DNA of 64,000 bases from Candidatus Moanibacter sp. (GCA_965215885.1 CBDCEW010000090.1:1-64000), one strand, 5' to 3'. Counted from the stretch's first letter, positions 52,501 to 64,000 are shown. Program-made: numbers and translations. Notes: generated by a model from the letters alone, not told the origin.

Positions 52501-53216
52501 CGTGGTGGAAGATAATAACCTTAACCGGGCCCTTGTAAGAGAACTTCTCGAAAACACGGGGTTGACGATTCTGGAAGCAGAAAACGGTCTCGAAGCCGTA
52601 GAAGCGGCGGTAAGGAATCATCCGGAATTGATCCTGATGGATATCTCAATGCCGGTAATGAATGGTCGAGAGGCCTCAAAGTCGATCAGGGAGAATTCGG
52701 AAATTGGCTCCACGCCGATCATAGTATTGACCGCTTCGTCTTCGAGCAGGGAAGCTGTTATGACACCCGAACTTGCTCTAGACGGGTACCTTTCGAAGCC
52801 GGTGCAGCGATCTCATATGATCAATGAAATAAAACGATTCCTGTCTCATCGGCGGCTGACGGAGACGACCGCGGAAACCAGGTCGGAAGGTTCGGTCGAA
52901 GAGAGTCCCGTGAGCGATCCGCTCATTCCGATCGACCCTGCCCGCAGGAGTTCGCTTCGGAACCTCGTTGAACGTCTCAAAGGTGAGATAATGGAAGAAT
53001 ACGAAGTGTGTGCCAAGAGGAGGAGGGTGGCAAGAATTCGAGCGTTCGCTGAGAAGATCGGCCGTATGGGAAAGGAGCATGACGTGCAGGATCTCACGGA
53101 TTTCTCCAATGAACTCAGCGCAGTTCTGGCAAGTCTCGACGTCGCCAAAATGGCCCACAAGCTGGGTGAGTATCCGCGAATCGTAGACCGGATAGAGAAC
53201 CGGGTTGCTTAGGCAC

Positions 53217-54062
53217 TTATTCGACGTACTTGCTGTATATTCGATCGACGGTGCCGTCGGCTCTCAATTCGTCCAAGGCTTTTCGCAGTGGTTCCAATAC
53301 ACGTGGATCGGTAGCTTTGTGAAAAGCATAACCCATGTGGGACTTCTGCAACACGTAAACGGTCCCATAGTGTTTCAGGTCAAAATTGACTAACCTGATC
53401 TGATATTTTGCGATATCCTCGGCGTATGCGATCGCATCCACACGCGCACTATCGAGCATTCGTACCATACTTTCGGGGGAATTTATGAGGATGATAGAAT
53501 CCTCACTGACCCCGAGCGTCCTGAGGAGCTGATGCCCTATATCGTCACGGATCGCGCCAATCCTGATACGATTCATATCCGCAACGGACTTGATATCCAG
53601 GTTCTTGTTCTTTGGCGCGATGAGTGACACCTGAGTCGGAATAATCGGACCGACGAATTTGAAGTGCTGGAGCCGTTCGACCGTATAGGTGGTTGAGAAG
53701 AGCGCAGTACCCGGCTTTTCCAAGAGGTACTTGTAGCTCCTTGGCCACGGCAAAACGGTGAGGGTGACAGCGGACTTATCAATCCCAAGTTTTCTGAATA
53801 TCTCGTGGAGAATCTCGACGGTAATCCCCTTAAGAACACCCTTTTCGTCAAGAAAATTAAATGGAGGATATTGCTCCGTCATCCAGGACATGCTCTCAAT
53901 CTCCCGAATCGCCTCTTCGGGGGTTTGTCCCAGCGCCGTTGTGGACAGGAGTACAATAGCGATCGCAATAGGAATTTTCAAAGCCTGCAGTTTTATCATT
54001 CGTTTACCCCATTGTTTCAAAATTCGAGAATTGCTGAAGCGGTTCACTTTTGCTTGAATCAT
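53217..54062 (-). CDS. family-3 extracellular solute-binding protein (start probably about 60 nt downstream)
   Basis: TEQYPPFNF, PWPRSY, ERLQHFKFVGP and RVDAIAY motifs. Confidence 0.88.
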   Translation of the reverse strand: MIQAKVNRFSNSRILKQWGKRMIKLQALKIPIAIAIVLLSTTALGQTPEEAIREIESMSWMTEQYPPFNFLDEKGVLKGITVEILHEIFRKLGIDKSAVTLTVLPWPRSYKYLLEKPGTALFSTTYTVERLQHFKFVGPIIPTQVSLIAPKNKNLDIKSVADMNRIRIGAIRDDIGHQLLRTLGVSEDSIILINSPESMVRMLDSARVDAIAYAEDIAKYQIRLVNFDLKHYGTVYVLQKSHMGYAFHKATDPRVLEPLRKALDELRADGTVDRIYSKYVE

Positions 54063-54072
54063 GCACGACTAC

Positions 54073-55348
54073 TCAGAAATTCCAACCCGCGAAGACCCGA
54101 TAATCAATGAGTCGGGTATTCGATGTATCGCCGTCGTATTTGACAAACGCGACTTTTAGTTTGGCGAAAAAACTCTCTGAGAAATTCCGCGAGAGAATTA
54201 TGTCCCATTCGTTCGTTTCACCGCGAAAGATCGGAGACTTCACATCCGAATAGAGGTAAAGAAAATAGAGGCTGTTTTTTGACCAGGCGTGCTTGGCTTC
54301 CAGATAGACGGACCGCGCGCCGCCGGTGAATCCAAAATCGGTCTCAACCATCGGTTCTTCGATGATATACTTTGGCTGGAACGGGCTGCGTAGGTCGTTT
54401 CCTGGACCGTCACCCGCTACGATGAATACTCCTGGTTCAAGGCTCATCTTCCCCACGGAGATCTTCACTCCCGCCTGAATTGCGTCGGCGCGCAGCTCGG
54501 TGCCGATTGTTTCTTCAAACCGCTTGAATCCGCGTTGCCCGATATACTTCAGACGTGCCTCCACCGAAAGATCATCGGAATGGAATAGAGTGTAGTCAAA
54601 GTTGACACCGAATGTATTGTAGAGATCGTCCCCAATGTAATCGTACAATGTCAGGATTGTCTTCTCCACTCCAGTAAACGAAGCCTCGACGAACTGAAAA
54701 CCGGTCGTCGAATAGGTTACGCCCTCGGTTCTCTCGATCGGGATAAAATTCACCGCCGTTCCACCTGAGGTGAGATCGTCGCGCGAGCTCCAACTGCTGA
54801 ACTTGTCCAGGATGCCGGCACTGAGCTTCAGGCCCTCGAAGTGACCTAAATCAAAAACGATCGCTTCGTAGGCCTGTTCCTTCTGTCGAATATTGTAGGT
54901 GGCAGCGAATGTGAGGTCGATACGCTGACGTCCAAAAGTCAAAGATGATTCCTTAAGACCCAGATTATCCAAATCAAACCGAAGGAAAGCATTATTTCAG
55001 AAGAGAATAATCGGAGTTTGACAGGACGTAGGCGGGGTCTTGATTGCCAAAGGCTTCTCTATTGCCGACGGAATAGAACTTCCAAGCATAAATATATTGA
55101 AGACCAAAGGAGAAACCGCCGACCTTGGGACTTATGTAATTGAGGGTTGCAGCGGTAGTACCCGAATGAAGATCGCGGTCCCGGGAACCGCTCTCGGAGA
55201 AATGACGTCCCATAAATAGGGTCTGAATTCTTCCCGAGATCTTTCCGTATCCATTCTGATCCAGCTTTTCAAGAAATGACACCTTTTCCTGGCTGAAGGC
55301 GGAGCAGATGGTCAGAACGAACGCGAATACAACCGTGAGATTCCTCAT
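54073..55348 (-). pseudogene. outer-membrane porin-like (OprD-type) gene with a 1-bp frameshift near 54995
   Basis: Signal peptide, beta-strand pattern, GRQ motif and C-terminal DYRVFAGWNF; an extra A in CTG AAAT AAT. Confidence 0.75.
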
Positions 55349-55366
55349 CGTTTCAAGATCACCGGC

Positions 55367-57168
55367 CTATACTTTTTCCAGCTGGGCTCGCAGCTGGGCG
55401 ACGATTTCGGGGTACTCGGCAAGAATGCGCTTAATCTCGGTAACGTCTAAACTCTGCAGCACGTCTCGCAACCTTTCTGCAAAGGTATTAAGGGCGGGAA
55501 TATCGTGTTCGGACCCTAAGGCCCCGACCCCTTGAGCAAACCCCTTAATGCGCGCCACCCTCCGTCGTTTGGCGCAGTTTTTGTATTCTTCCATCAGCTC
55601 TCCTTCGAGTCGAACGAGCAATTCCTCCACCGATGACTTTTGACCAAGCTCCAGAGCGCCAACACTGGAAGAAGCCTTCTCTTTGAGGTCAATGTCCTTG
55701 AGGCCCGCTCTGCTGGTTTCCCGTTGCGTGCTTTCATATTTCAAAAATCGTTTCAACTCACCGATTATCTGCCACCGCTGAACCGGTTTTGACAGGTAAC
55801 CGTTGAGACGCAATTCGGGTACGAGAATCTCTTCGGGTTGCGATGATGAGGCGGTCAACACTACAATCGGAGTATCTCCGACTTCCGGATCGTCCCTTAT
55901 AAGACTGGTTGATTTCTTTCCGTCCATTATCGGCATGGATATGTCCATGATGATTAAATCCGGACGCTCCTGTTTTGCCATCTGATATCCAACTAGACCG
56001 TTTGCTGCTTCCAGGACGGTTAAACCGGTGTCTTCCAGGAATTCTTTTACAAGGGCGCGATTGAGATCGTTGTCCTCAACAACAAGAACGGTTGCGGGAT
56101 CGAAAGACACTTCTTCTCTCGCCCTTACATCTTCGATACCAGGCTGAACCTTTGAGATTGCGGGAACCTCCAGGTCCTCCAACGTCACGGTAACGGTCGT
56201 ACCTTTACCCAGTTCGCTGTCCAACGAGATCGATCCACCTAGGAGGTGGACGAGACGTTTCGTGATAGCGAGACCCAGCCCCGCTCCTTCAAATGCCCGA
56301 GTGCTTTGACCGCTCTGTTGCTCGAAGGCCTCGAATATTCGCTCTTTTTCCGCGTCTCTTATACCGACTCCAGAGTCCGCAATTTCGAATCTCAAGGTTA
56401 TCTTGCTTTTGAATTCGGCGGAGTAGTCCTTTTCCGCGGCGAGACGTACAAACCCCTGTTCGGTAAATTTCACGGCGTTGCCCATGAGATTGAACAGCAC
56501 CTGCCGCAGGCGTACTTCATCGAGCAAGATCCATTCCGGTAGACCGGGATCGACCTCCATGATGAGTTCGAGGCCCTTCTCCTCCGCTCTGAGACTGAAA
56601 ATCTCACCGGCATCGTTCAGAATCGCTGAAACATTTACGGGTTCCCATTCGATGTTAAGCCTGCCCGCTTCGATCTTTGACAGATCGAGAATATCATTAA
56701 TCAGGCGCAAAAGTGTCTTACCGCTGGCTGAAATGGAATCGAGATACTGTCGAAGTGTCTCATCTTCAATTTTCCGTTCCAACAGCTCCGAAAATCCGAG
56801 AATCGCATTCATGGGAGTACGAATCTCATGACTCATATTAGCCAGAAACTCGCTTTTCGCTCGATTTGCGAGGTTCGCTGACTCCTCTGCTTCTTCAGCC
56901 GCTTCTTTAGCCTCCTGCAGTTCCGCCGTCCGTATGGCTACCTTGTCTTCGAGCTCTCGATTGTACGATTGCAGTTGGGAGCTTTTCTCGCGGATGTCAG
57001 CCGCCATTTCGGAAAATTCCTTGGCCAGGGCGCCGATTTCATCCCCTGATTTGAGAAGCGATCCCATCCTGTCGAACTCCTGCGTCTCGCCGGTATTCTC
57101 CCCGACCGGATTTAAAGCCGCTACCTCGTGCGTGAGGTTTCGGACCGGTCTGACGACAATAAACCAGA
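55367..57168 (-). pseudogene. 5'-truncated HAMP hybrid histidine kinase
   Basis: HAMP (DEIGALA..F..M), SHEIRTPMN, HATPase and receiver; sensor region cut by IS4. Confidence 0.88.
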
Positions 57169-58487
57169 CAGTACTGTCCGGTTATAAGTCAAACAACTCC
57201 AACTGTTTAGGAATGCGGTGTTCATTGAAAGTGTAATCGGTTTCTGTAAGTAGTTCAGTCATAGGAGTTTTCTCAAATAGGGTGAAGCTGAGAATCTGTA
57301 GGATTTTGTGCAAACTGATCTCCAGGCGAAGGCGTTTGCGGATGATGGCGATGAGCACATAGACGCTGACGGCAATCCAGATTTGAGTCTTCACAGCATT
57401 CTCGGAGGTGCCGAAAAAGCTCTTGATGCGCAAGTGCTGTTTGATCCATTTGAAGAACAATTCGATCTGCCAGCGTAAACGGTAAATCTGGGTGATGATT
57501 ATGGCTGGGAGGGCAAACTGGTTGGTGAGAAACACGAAGCGCTCGGAACTGTCGGGGTCGAGGTAAGTGATACGCCGGAGTCTTTCGGGGTAGGCCTTGG
57601 CAGGATAGAAGCTGACCAGGGCAACGGTCTGGTCCGAACGCAGACCGGTTGATTTGTCGACCTTTTGAGAGTAGAGGCGGCGAAACTGAAAGCCGCGGCG
57701 GGCGCGTGTGACGAAGAAAGAACCGCATTGTGCGATCCGATAGAGGCGCTCGTAATGCAGATAGGCTCGGTCCATTACATAGTAAGCACCGGCCTCGGGG
57801 ATGATGAGATCCAGAATGTTTACGTCGTGAACTTTTCCATCGGTAATCTCGATAAAATAAGGGATAGAGCCTCTGAGATCGAGAAGCGTATGGACCTTCA
57901 CCGCCCCCTTGTGCTTGCGGAAACGTGCCCACGGGAAGAGTGATAGACATAGATCGATCGTGGTGGAGTCCAGAGCGTAGAGCGTATTGTCCAGGTCGAT
58001 GCCCAGATCCTCGTTTGAATACAAAGGACGAGCCATTGCGATGAGGACCTGTGCAAAGTCGGCGTAGCTGCGCCAGTCTCGTTTCTCGTTGGCATCGGCG
58101 AGCGTGCTTTTGGATACTCCGCTTCGAATCCCTGCGTGGTATAGTTTTGGTTGTACTGCCCGCAGGCAGGTTTCGATGTCGCGCAGACTCTCCCGGTAGG
58201 TCAACTCGGCAAAACCCATGCAGAGAAATTGTTCGAAGCAACTGAACTTTTGAACTTTGTAGTCGCCTCCGTAGCGTTGGACGCAACGATGGAACTGATG
58301 GCGCGGAAGATAATCTATGATTTGAGAAAAAACGAATCGACCTGTATACATGATTTGGACCCTCGAAATTTTTGAGAGTCCACAAGGCTTTTTGCAATTT
58401 CAAGTCGAAAACAGCAGAAATCATATGTAAAATGTTGGTTATCAATCGATTAACCTGCGTTCCTAGAAAAACAACCGGACAGTAGTG
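57169..58487 (-). mobile_element. IS4-family copy 3
   Basis: Same IRs; flanks taaaccaga / atcatacat do not match. Confidence 0.93.
57182..58351 (-). CDS. IS4 transposase
   Basis: Near-identical to copy 1. Confidence 0.92.
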   Translation of the reverse strand: MYTGRFVFSQIIDYLPRHQFHRCVQRYGGDYKVQKFSCFEQFLCMGFAELTYRESLRDIETCLRAVQPKLYHAGIRSGVSKSTLADANEKRDWRSYADFAQVLIAMARPLYSNEDLGIDLDNTLYALDSTTIDLCLSLFPWARFRKHKGAVKVHTLLDLRGSIPYFIEITDGKVHDVNILDLIIPEAGAYYVMDRAYLHYERLYRIAQCGSFFVTRARRGFQFRRLYSQKVDKSTGLRSDQTVALVSFYPAKAYPERLRRITYLDPDSSERFVFLTNQFALPAIIITQIYRLRWQIELFFKWIKQHLRIKSFFGTSENAVKTQIWIAVSVYVLIAIIRKRLRLEISLHKILQILSFTLFEKTPMTELLTETDYTFNEHRIPKQLELFDL

Positions 58488-60117
58488 ATCATACATCGAT
58501 CTTCATCGAAGAAGCGATCCCTGGGGTAATGATTTTTATTTTCGATCGAGCAATGGTTGCGAATTTTCGAGAGGAACTGTTGAGGGCTCAAATCGGCGGG
58601 ATCGAGACTGCTTACGTAGTAAGAGCGTTCAGAGGAAGGTTCAGCTTTGTTTGGATAATGGAAGGTGCGTTGCACACAGGCGAACTGGCGGGCATGGGGC
58701 AGGCCGGCAGAGGGAGCGCTTAGAGAATGGGTTGCTATTTGACGTATTTCGAGTCGCCCATGGTCATTGTCCACGGTTTGGTGGAGAAAAAGGGGGTGGA
58801 GCTGAAGAGATTCTGAGCGTATTGATGCATGTTGGGCTGATTGTCTTTAATTTGAATAACATAGTCAGCACTGAGTTCTTCGACGACGATGTGGGCAGTT
58901 TCTTTTTGATTATGCATGGCGTCGAAGGTGAAGGTGGAGCCGTCCAAAATGGGCATCTTTCGCAAGAGAGTCTGGGCGGCGGTGATCTCGTTGGATTTAT
59001 CGGCGGTAGCGACTTGGGCTAAGGTTTGAGCGCTTTGGTGATCGACTGCGGCCACCAGGTGCAGAGCCTTTGATTCTTCGGTGTTTGTGCCTTTGAGGGT
59101 CTTGCCGTCGACGGCAATATCGCGGGGCAAACAGCCGTCTTGTAAGCAGATGAATTCGGTGAGGGTTTTATCGAAGAGCTCGGCCTTTACGTTTTGCAAG
59201 ACCCGATAGAAGACATCATAGCAAGGGGCCTTATAGCGGCCTGTTTTGGGGTTTTTCCAGGAGCGTAAGGCGCGCAATTGGGCTTGATTGAGATGATGGG
59301 CCAGGCGCACGATGCCCTTGAGGGTCTGTTTGCCGCACATCGTGCCGAGCACAATCATGCTCAGGACCGTGGCGAGCCGATATCTAAGGCCCGCTTTACG
59401 ACGGAAGTCTTCTATCTGATTGAAGCGTTCCCACAGGCTGCTCATCTGTTCCACTTTGAGGCAGACCGCATGGGAGTTATCGGTTTCATTGAGCGCCTGG
59501 CTCTGTGCCGCGGGCAATGGCCCTGAAGCGCGCAAAAGCTCAAGGGCATTAGCCTTGAGGGGTTTGACCCAGATCTGCTTGGGACGCTCATGGCGTTGAT
59601 AGAAATCTTCGCGTTGGCGGCCATATCCCGCGCTCAAGCCCAAGGGCGTCCACCCGCTCGCTTCGTAGCAAGTGCCCCGGTGAATCTGTGGGTCCACGAA
59701 CGTTTCCGCTACTAAGGGACGATAGCCAAAAGCCTCCTGCCAGTGATCGGCTAAGACTCTCAGGCACATACCCAACGTCTTGGAGGCCAAATTTGCAAGA
59801 TCCACCCCGGGCAAAATCAGAAAACGCCGGTTCTGTACTACCAGTTTCAATCGTGCATGCCGTTGCGCCCCGTCCCACCCGATCCATTCGTCTCGATCCT
59901 TCAGCCGGTAGGATGCGGCCCCCCACAAGAGCAGGCCCATCCATTGCCCGTCGATCTGCGCCACATAGCGCAGGGTCTCTCCTGCGCTGCCCGCACTGTG
60001 TAAATAATGATGTTGTTTCAATAGATCATTGAATCGCTCCTGCTCTTCGGGCAGGACCAGACGCAGAGTTAAACGATCTATCGAAGGATTCAGTTGGTAA
60101 GATTTTTTGTCTTTCAT
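58488..60117 (-). pseudogene. DUF4338-ISAs1 transposase (frameshift near 58790, C-terminus cut by IS4)
   Basis: HHYL, RDEWIGW, RFLILP, NLASK, ETFVD and GTCY..GW motifs followed by DDE motifs. Confidence 0.8.
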
Positions 60118-60212
60118 CCCATCTTAACATGACTGATTCCCTCGGGTTTGTTTAGCTCTTTTTTTATCTTCTTGCTTATCAGCTAGTTGCTTCCTGGAAT
60201 CCTTTTACCCTG
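58488..60212 (-). mobile_element. ISAs1-family element with DUF4338-like N-terminal domain, 3'-truncated
   Basis: CAGGG end at 60212; AVDGKTL, KSNEI, DAMH, IKDNQ, HGRLE and IEN..H..RD..FDED motifs. Confidence 0.82.
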
Positions 60213-60409
60213 AGGTATGCCCCGGGTTCGATCGAATTGGCTTGCATGATCATCGAAAAGCATGACTAAGGAAGCTGCCGCGGAAATTTTAATGTTTTCA
60301 AGTGACAATTTTTCAGGTAAGGGTTCTGCTTCCGATTAAGGGCGCAAGTGTTCAGACTGCTCTGGCATTGGATATACTTAATTGTGAAACACGACACTAG
60401 AGTAGAAAC

Positions 60410-60994
60410 ATGAAAATCCTTATTGCCGAGGATGATTTAATATCGCGCAGACTGCTCTGCACAACACTGGAACAGTTTGGGCACGAGATTCTTGCCTTCA
60501 ACGATGGGGAAGAGGCCTGGATATCTTTCAATGAGGAGCCCGTCCGAGCTATTGTGAGCGATTGGCTAATGCCGAAGCTCGATGGGCTTGAGTTTTGCCG
60601 GCGGGTACGTGCGAGAGAAAATACGGAGTACACCTATTTTATCCTTCTTACGGCAAACATTGAGGGGAAGGATTCGTATATGGAAGCGATGCAGGCAGGG
60701 ATCGACGATTTTCTGGCAAAACCTCTTGATCGTGATCAGATCTGGATGCGTTTGCGAGTAGCAGAACGAATCCTGCGTTACACGACCGAGATCAGCAATT
60801 TGGAAAGCATGCTGCCTATCTGTTCATACTGTAAGAAAATCAGAGATGACAACAATTATTGGCAACAGGTGGAGACGTATATAGGAGGAAAAACAGGAAC
60901 CAATTTCAGTCATAGCGTATGTCCACAATGCTATGAATCGATTATTGAGCCTCAGTTGGAGAAGCTTCGTCAATCGGAGGAGAACTCAAATTAG
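60410..60994 (+). CDS. response regulator with C-terminal Cys-rich domain
   Basis: ILIAEDD, SDWLMP, KP; LPICSYCKKIRDD...FSHSVCPQC. Confidence 0.92.
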   Translation: MKILIAEDDLISRRLLCTTLEQFGHEILAFNDGEEAWISFNEEPVRAIVSDWLMPKLDGLEFCRRVRARENTEYTYFILLTANIEGKDSYMEAMQAGIDDFLAKPLDRDQIWMRLRVAERILRYTTEISNLESMLPICSYCKKIRDDNNYWQQVETYIGGKTGTNFSHSVCPQCYESIIEPQLEKLRQSEENSN

Positions 60995-61101
60995 GTACTA
61001 GGATTCATAATTACGGTAATGTATGCCGAGGCGATTTTGTATGGAGGGGGAGGCGGTCGTGTCGTGCCTCTTCGAGAGGCTTTGCGCTACTCGACAGATT
61101 C

Positions 61102-61413
61102 CTAAAAGAGCCGAAAGGCCTTCATACTTTCCATCGCCGCCCAGATCAGAAGAGCAAAAGCTACAATTGCCAAAAAGCGCAAAGCGAAACGTCGCAATTT
61201 GCTCGCTCCCTCATACTTACCGAAACTGCTCTGAAAGAAATTTGAAGAATCCAAGAATCCGAAAAAGCCGGCTCCGAAGATATTCTTAAACCTGCGCTTA
61301 TCAATCCCATACTTATCGGATCGTTGTCTACGGCGGGCTCGCCACACAAAAAATCGTCTTAACATCACGAAAAGCTCCAGATGTATAAGACGAGGAAGAA
61401 TAAGAAGTGGCAA
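61102..61413 (-). CDS. small hypothetical membrane protein (start uncertain)
   Basis: Basic region plus a C-terminal TM helix. Confidence 0.5.
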   Translation of the reverse strand: MPLLILPRLIHLELFVMLRRFFVWRARRRQRSDKYGIDKRRFKNIFGAGFFGFLDSSNFFQSSFGKYEGASKLRRFALRFLAIVAFALLIWAAMESMKAFRLF

Positions 61414-61452
61414 GATTGAAAGGCATGGAGGAGTTGTTCAGTCGCAACTGAG

Positions 61453-62451
61453 ATGAACTTTTGCATACTCGGAGCGGGTGCTTGGGGAACGGCGATGGCT
61501 CTACATCTGGCCCGTCAAAAGCATACCGTCACTTTGGTGCCGAGGCGCATGGAGCATGCCTTGGAGCTTTCTTCGAGTCGCGAGAACAGACGCTATTTGC
61601 CGGGACACCAGCTGCAAAACAGCATACAGATAGGTTGGGAGCTGAAGCCGGTGCTTATGGAGGTAGATGTAGTACTTCTGGCTTGCCCTTCCAAGGGTTT
61701 GAGAGATGTCTGCCAAAAGGTGAAGGAACAGATCGGCGTGGCCCAGCAACTTAAGCTTTTGGTGGGACTCAGCAAAGGTCTGGAGGAGGGGACGAATCTC
61801 CTACCCTCTGAAGTGATTGCATCTGTCCTATCCGACTACGAAGTAGGTGTCTTGACGGGGCCCACTTATGCGGGCGAGGTAGCGACAGGCAAGCCGACTG
61901 CTATTGTGTTTGGAACGAATAAAGATTCGGAGTTTACTCTGGCGCTTCAAGAGGCGATTAGCGACCAGAGTTTGCGCGTTTATCGGACAGCTGACCCCAA
62001 AGGAGTGGGATTAGGCTCCTGTCTCAAGAATGTCTACGCCATTGCCGCAGGAATTTGTGACGGATTGAAATTGGGAGACAATGCGAAAGCGGCGCTTATT
62101 ACACGGTCTCTTGCCGAAATGGTACGATTGGGTGCAAGTTTAGGGGGACAGGTTGACACGTTCTACGGACTAAGTGGATTTGGCGATCTCGTTGCAACAT
62201 GTAATGGAACATGGAGTCGAAATCGGAAATTCGGGAAACTGATCGCGGAAGGCCAACCGATTGAGAGTCTCATAGCGGACAGTAAAATGACAGTCGAAGG
62301 CTATCGGACCACCGACTGTTTCTACCGTCTCTGCCAGGAAAAGCAGCTCGAAGCACCGATACTCAATGAGATAGAGGCTGTTCTATTCCGAGAAAAGGAA
62401 CCGTCCCTCGTTCTCAAGTCACTGATGAATCGAGACTTGAAGGCTGAGTAG
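61453..62451 (+). CDS. gpsA: NAD(P)H-dependent glycerol-3-phosphate dehydrogenase
   Basis: [31 protein letters not shown] and VEG motifs. Confidence 0.95.
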   Translation: MNFCILGAGAWGTAMALHLARQKHTVTLVPRRMEHALELSSSRENRRYLPGHQLQNSIQIGWELKPVLMEVDVVLLACPSKGLRDVCQKVKEQIGVAQQLKLLVGLSKGLEEGTNLLPSEVIASVLSDYEVGVLTGPTYAGEVATGKPTAIVFGTNKDSEFTLALQEAISDQSLRVYRTADPKGVGLGSCLKNVYAIAAGICDGLKLGDNAKAALITRSLAEMVRLGASLGGQVDTFYGLSGFGDLVATCNGTWSRNRKFGKLIAEGQPIESLIADSKMTVEGYRTTDCFYRLCQEKQLEAPILNEIEAVLFREKEPSLVLKSLMNRDLKAE

Positions 62452-62947
62452 CATTTGCACTTTGCGCCGGATCCGCGAATTTGCGGGACAGCGCATCGGC
62501 AACATTTTTTGGAACCAATTTTTCAATATTTCCCGAAAAACGAGCAACCTGCTTGATGAGGCGTGAGCTAGTAAAGAAATAATCCTGGTTCGGCATTAAG
62601 AATATGGTTTCCAACTCGCTCGACAGATGGCGATTCATCTGCGTCATCTGAAACTCGAACTCGAAATCGGAGATCGCCCTCAATCCTCTCACAATTGCGC
62701 TGGCACCCAACTCTTGAGCATAATCCACAAGGAGGCCGTTGAATGAAGTTGCCTCCGAATTTAAGTCATCGGGCAGATTTTCCCTTATCAATAAAAGGCG
62801 TTCTTCTACGGTAAAAAGAGGCCCCTTATCATTGTCATACGCGACTGCAATAATTACTTTATCAAACAATCGGCATGCGCGGAAGAGGACATCGAGGTGT
62901 CCGTTGGTTGGGGGATCGAATGTTCCCGGATAAATACCGATCCTCAT
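62414..62947 (-). CDS. coaD: pantetheine-phosphate adenylyltransferase
   Basis: [12 protein letters not shown] and [12 protein letters not shown] motifs. Confidence 0.96.
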   Translation of the reverse strand: MRIGIYPGTFDPPTNGHLDVLFRACRLFDKVIIAVAYDNDKGPLFTVEERLLLIRENLPDDLNSEATSFNGLLVDYAQELGASAIVRGLRAISDFEFEFQMTQMNRHLSSELETIFLMPNQDYFFTSSRLIKQVARFSGNIEKLVPKNVADALSRKFADPAQSANATQPSSLDSSVT

Positions 62948-63153
62948 TTAAACCTGTCGTTCTTTACGAATTGGCTTTTTGATCCTACTGAGGTAGTGCT
63001 TACTGTCGATACATTTTTGCTGGATCCACGGCCGCCGGAAAGTATGAAATAAGCTGACTAATCCCGGCAGGCCGCGATCGGACTTTATGCCATTTCCCGA
63101 GGAGTTACCAGGTTTCTTTCCCATCCCGGCCGACCGGGACTAGAGACAAGAAA

Positions 63154-63750
63154 ATGAATTTACCAAATCTGCTGACCCTTTCCCGTATACCCCTGCTTTT
63201 TGTTATTTCCGGCCTGATCTACCTGGAGAAGCCGGGAGCTGCGTCATTAGCGTTTCTATTGTTCGTGTTTGCGGGGCTGACGGACTGGCTCGACGGTTAT
63301 ATTGCTCGAAAGTATAACTTGATATCGAATTTCGGTAAACTGATGGATGCGCTGGCGGATAAAGTGATCATTGTAGGTATGTTCATTATTCTTCTGGCGA
63401 TTGGGATGCTTCCGCCATGGGCGATCTGGTGTGTTCTTCTAATAGTGAGTCGCGAGTTTCTGGTTACGGGCTTGAGGCTCGTAGCGGCAGGTAAAGGAGT
63501 GGTCTTAGGCGCGGAGGCAACGGGCAAACATAAAACGGTGGTGCAAATCGTTTGTATCAGTGTGCTGCTTCTGGTACCGGTGCTGAAGAATGATATTGGG
63601 TCCCTGACCGGTTGGAAATCGGGCGCTACTGTAGAATTTGTAGAATTGGTGGGTCTTATACTTTTTGTTGTAGCGACCATTTTAACGGTTTTTTCCGGCT
63701 GCAGGTATCTGGCGAAATACTGGGCGGTGATGTTCGAAGCACAGGGTTGA
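63154..63750 (+). CDS. pgsA: CDP-diacylglycerol--glycerol-3-phosphate 3-phosphatidyltransferase
   Basis: NLPNLLT, TDWLDGYIAR..GKLMD..ADK and REFLVTGLR motifs. Confidence 0.95.
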   Translation: MNLPNLLTLSRIPLLFVISGLIYLEKPGAASLAFLLFVFAGLTDWLDGYIARKYNLISNFGKLMDALADKVIIVGMFIILLAIGMLPPWAIWCVLLIVSREFLVTGLRLVAAGKGVVLGAEATGKHKTVVQIVCISVLLLVPVLKNDIGSLTGWKSGATVEFVELVGLILFVVATILTVFSGCRYLAKYWAVMFEAQG

Positions 63751-64000
63751 ATGCGGGTGTATCATAGCTGGGTTCGGATTCTTCCGACATCCGTGGTAAA
63801 GAATCTGGCCACCTTGGGACCGCTCGGCTATGTTAAGAAAGCTCCCGGTTCCGTGGCTACTGTAGCCGGATTGATCTGGTACACGGTGGTCTTCATGCAA
63901 TTAGGGTATCCAGGGTATTTTTTCACCCTGATTCTTACAGGTTACTTGGCCGTTGAAATTTGCGGAGAAGCGGAGAAACGGATTTTCAAGAGGGATCCGA
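63751..64000 (+). CDS. pgpA: phosphatidylglycerophosphatase A (partial, runs off the window)
   Basis: LATLGPLGYVKKAPGSVATV...AE..FKRDP; follows pgsA. Confidence 0.8.
   Translation, partial: MRVYHSWVRILPTSVVKNLATLGPLGYVKKAPGSVATVAGLIWYTVVFMQLGYPGYFFTLILTGYLAVEICGEAEKRIFKRDP

Larger units (their letters stand above)
46989..53212 (+). pseudogene. multi-PAS hybrid histidine kinase disrupted by IS4 and an in-frame TAA (51134-51136)
   Basis: About seven PAS/PAC repeats, [13 protein letters not shown], HATPase and receiver; frame restored across the 9-bp TSD. Confidence 0.88.

Noticed and set aside
59560..60117. DUF4338 as a Druantia defence system
   Set aside because: It is fused to an ISAs1 transposase, and no DruE helicase or partner genes are present.

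Overview
An IS-rich, partly decaying 64-kb bacterial region. The gene style suggests a PVC/Verrucomicrobia-like organism, which is an inference only. 1-4.3 kb: an integron gene-cassette array with two textbook attC sites and no integrase in the window. Both cassettes are hit by IS elements, one of which made a 20-bp duplication of a hairpin target. 4.5-9.0 kb: a two-gene moron-like pair and a Mu-like prophage early-gene remnant ending at the 3' end of tRNA-Ser(UGA). 9-33.6 kb: accessory metabolism (Nudix, PIN toxin-antitoxin genes, NMT1/THI5 binding protein, sulfatase, Gfo/Idh/MocA, mandelate-racemase family, peptide ABC permeases, moaE-moaD-mobA). It is mixed with internally deleted pseudogenes, palindromic REP/MITE-like elements, a group II intron remnant, and a four-helix-bundle gene flanked by inverted arrays of TGAC-hairpin units. 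Four copies of a 1,917-bp IS with 6-bp TSDs suggest an 8.7-kb inversion, a tandem dimer and one chimeric copy. 40-60 kb: a signalling cluster in which three paralogous hybrid kinases are all disrupted, with response regulators, a GspE/PilB ATPase, a pilin, a porin and a binding protein. 60-64 kb: core genes gpsA, coaD, pgsA and pgpA. No database searches were run; family calls come from motif recognition.
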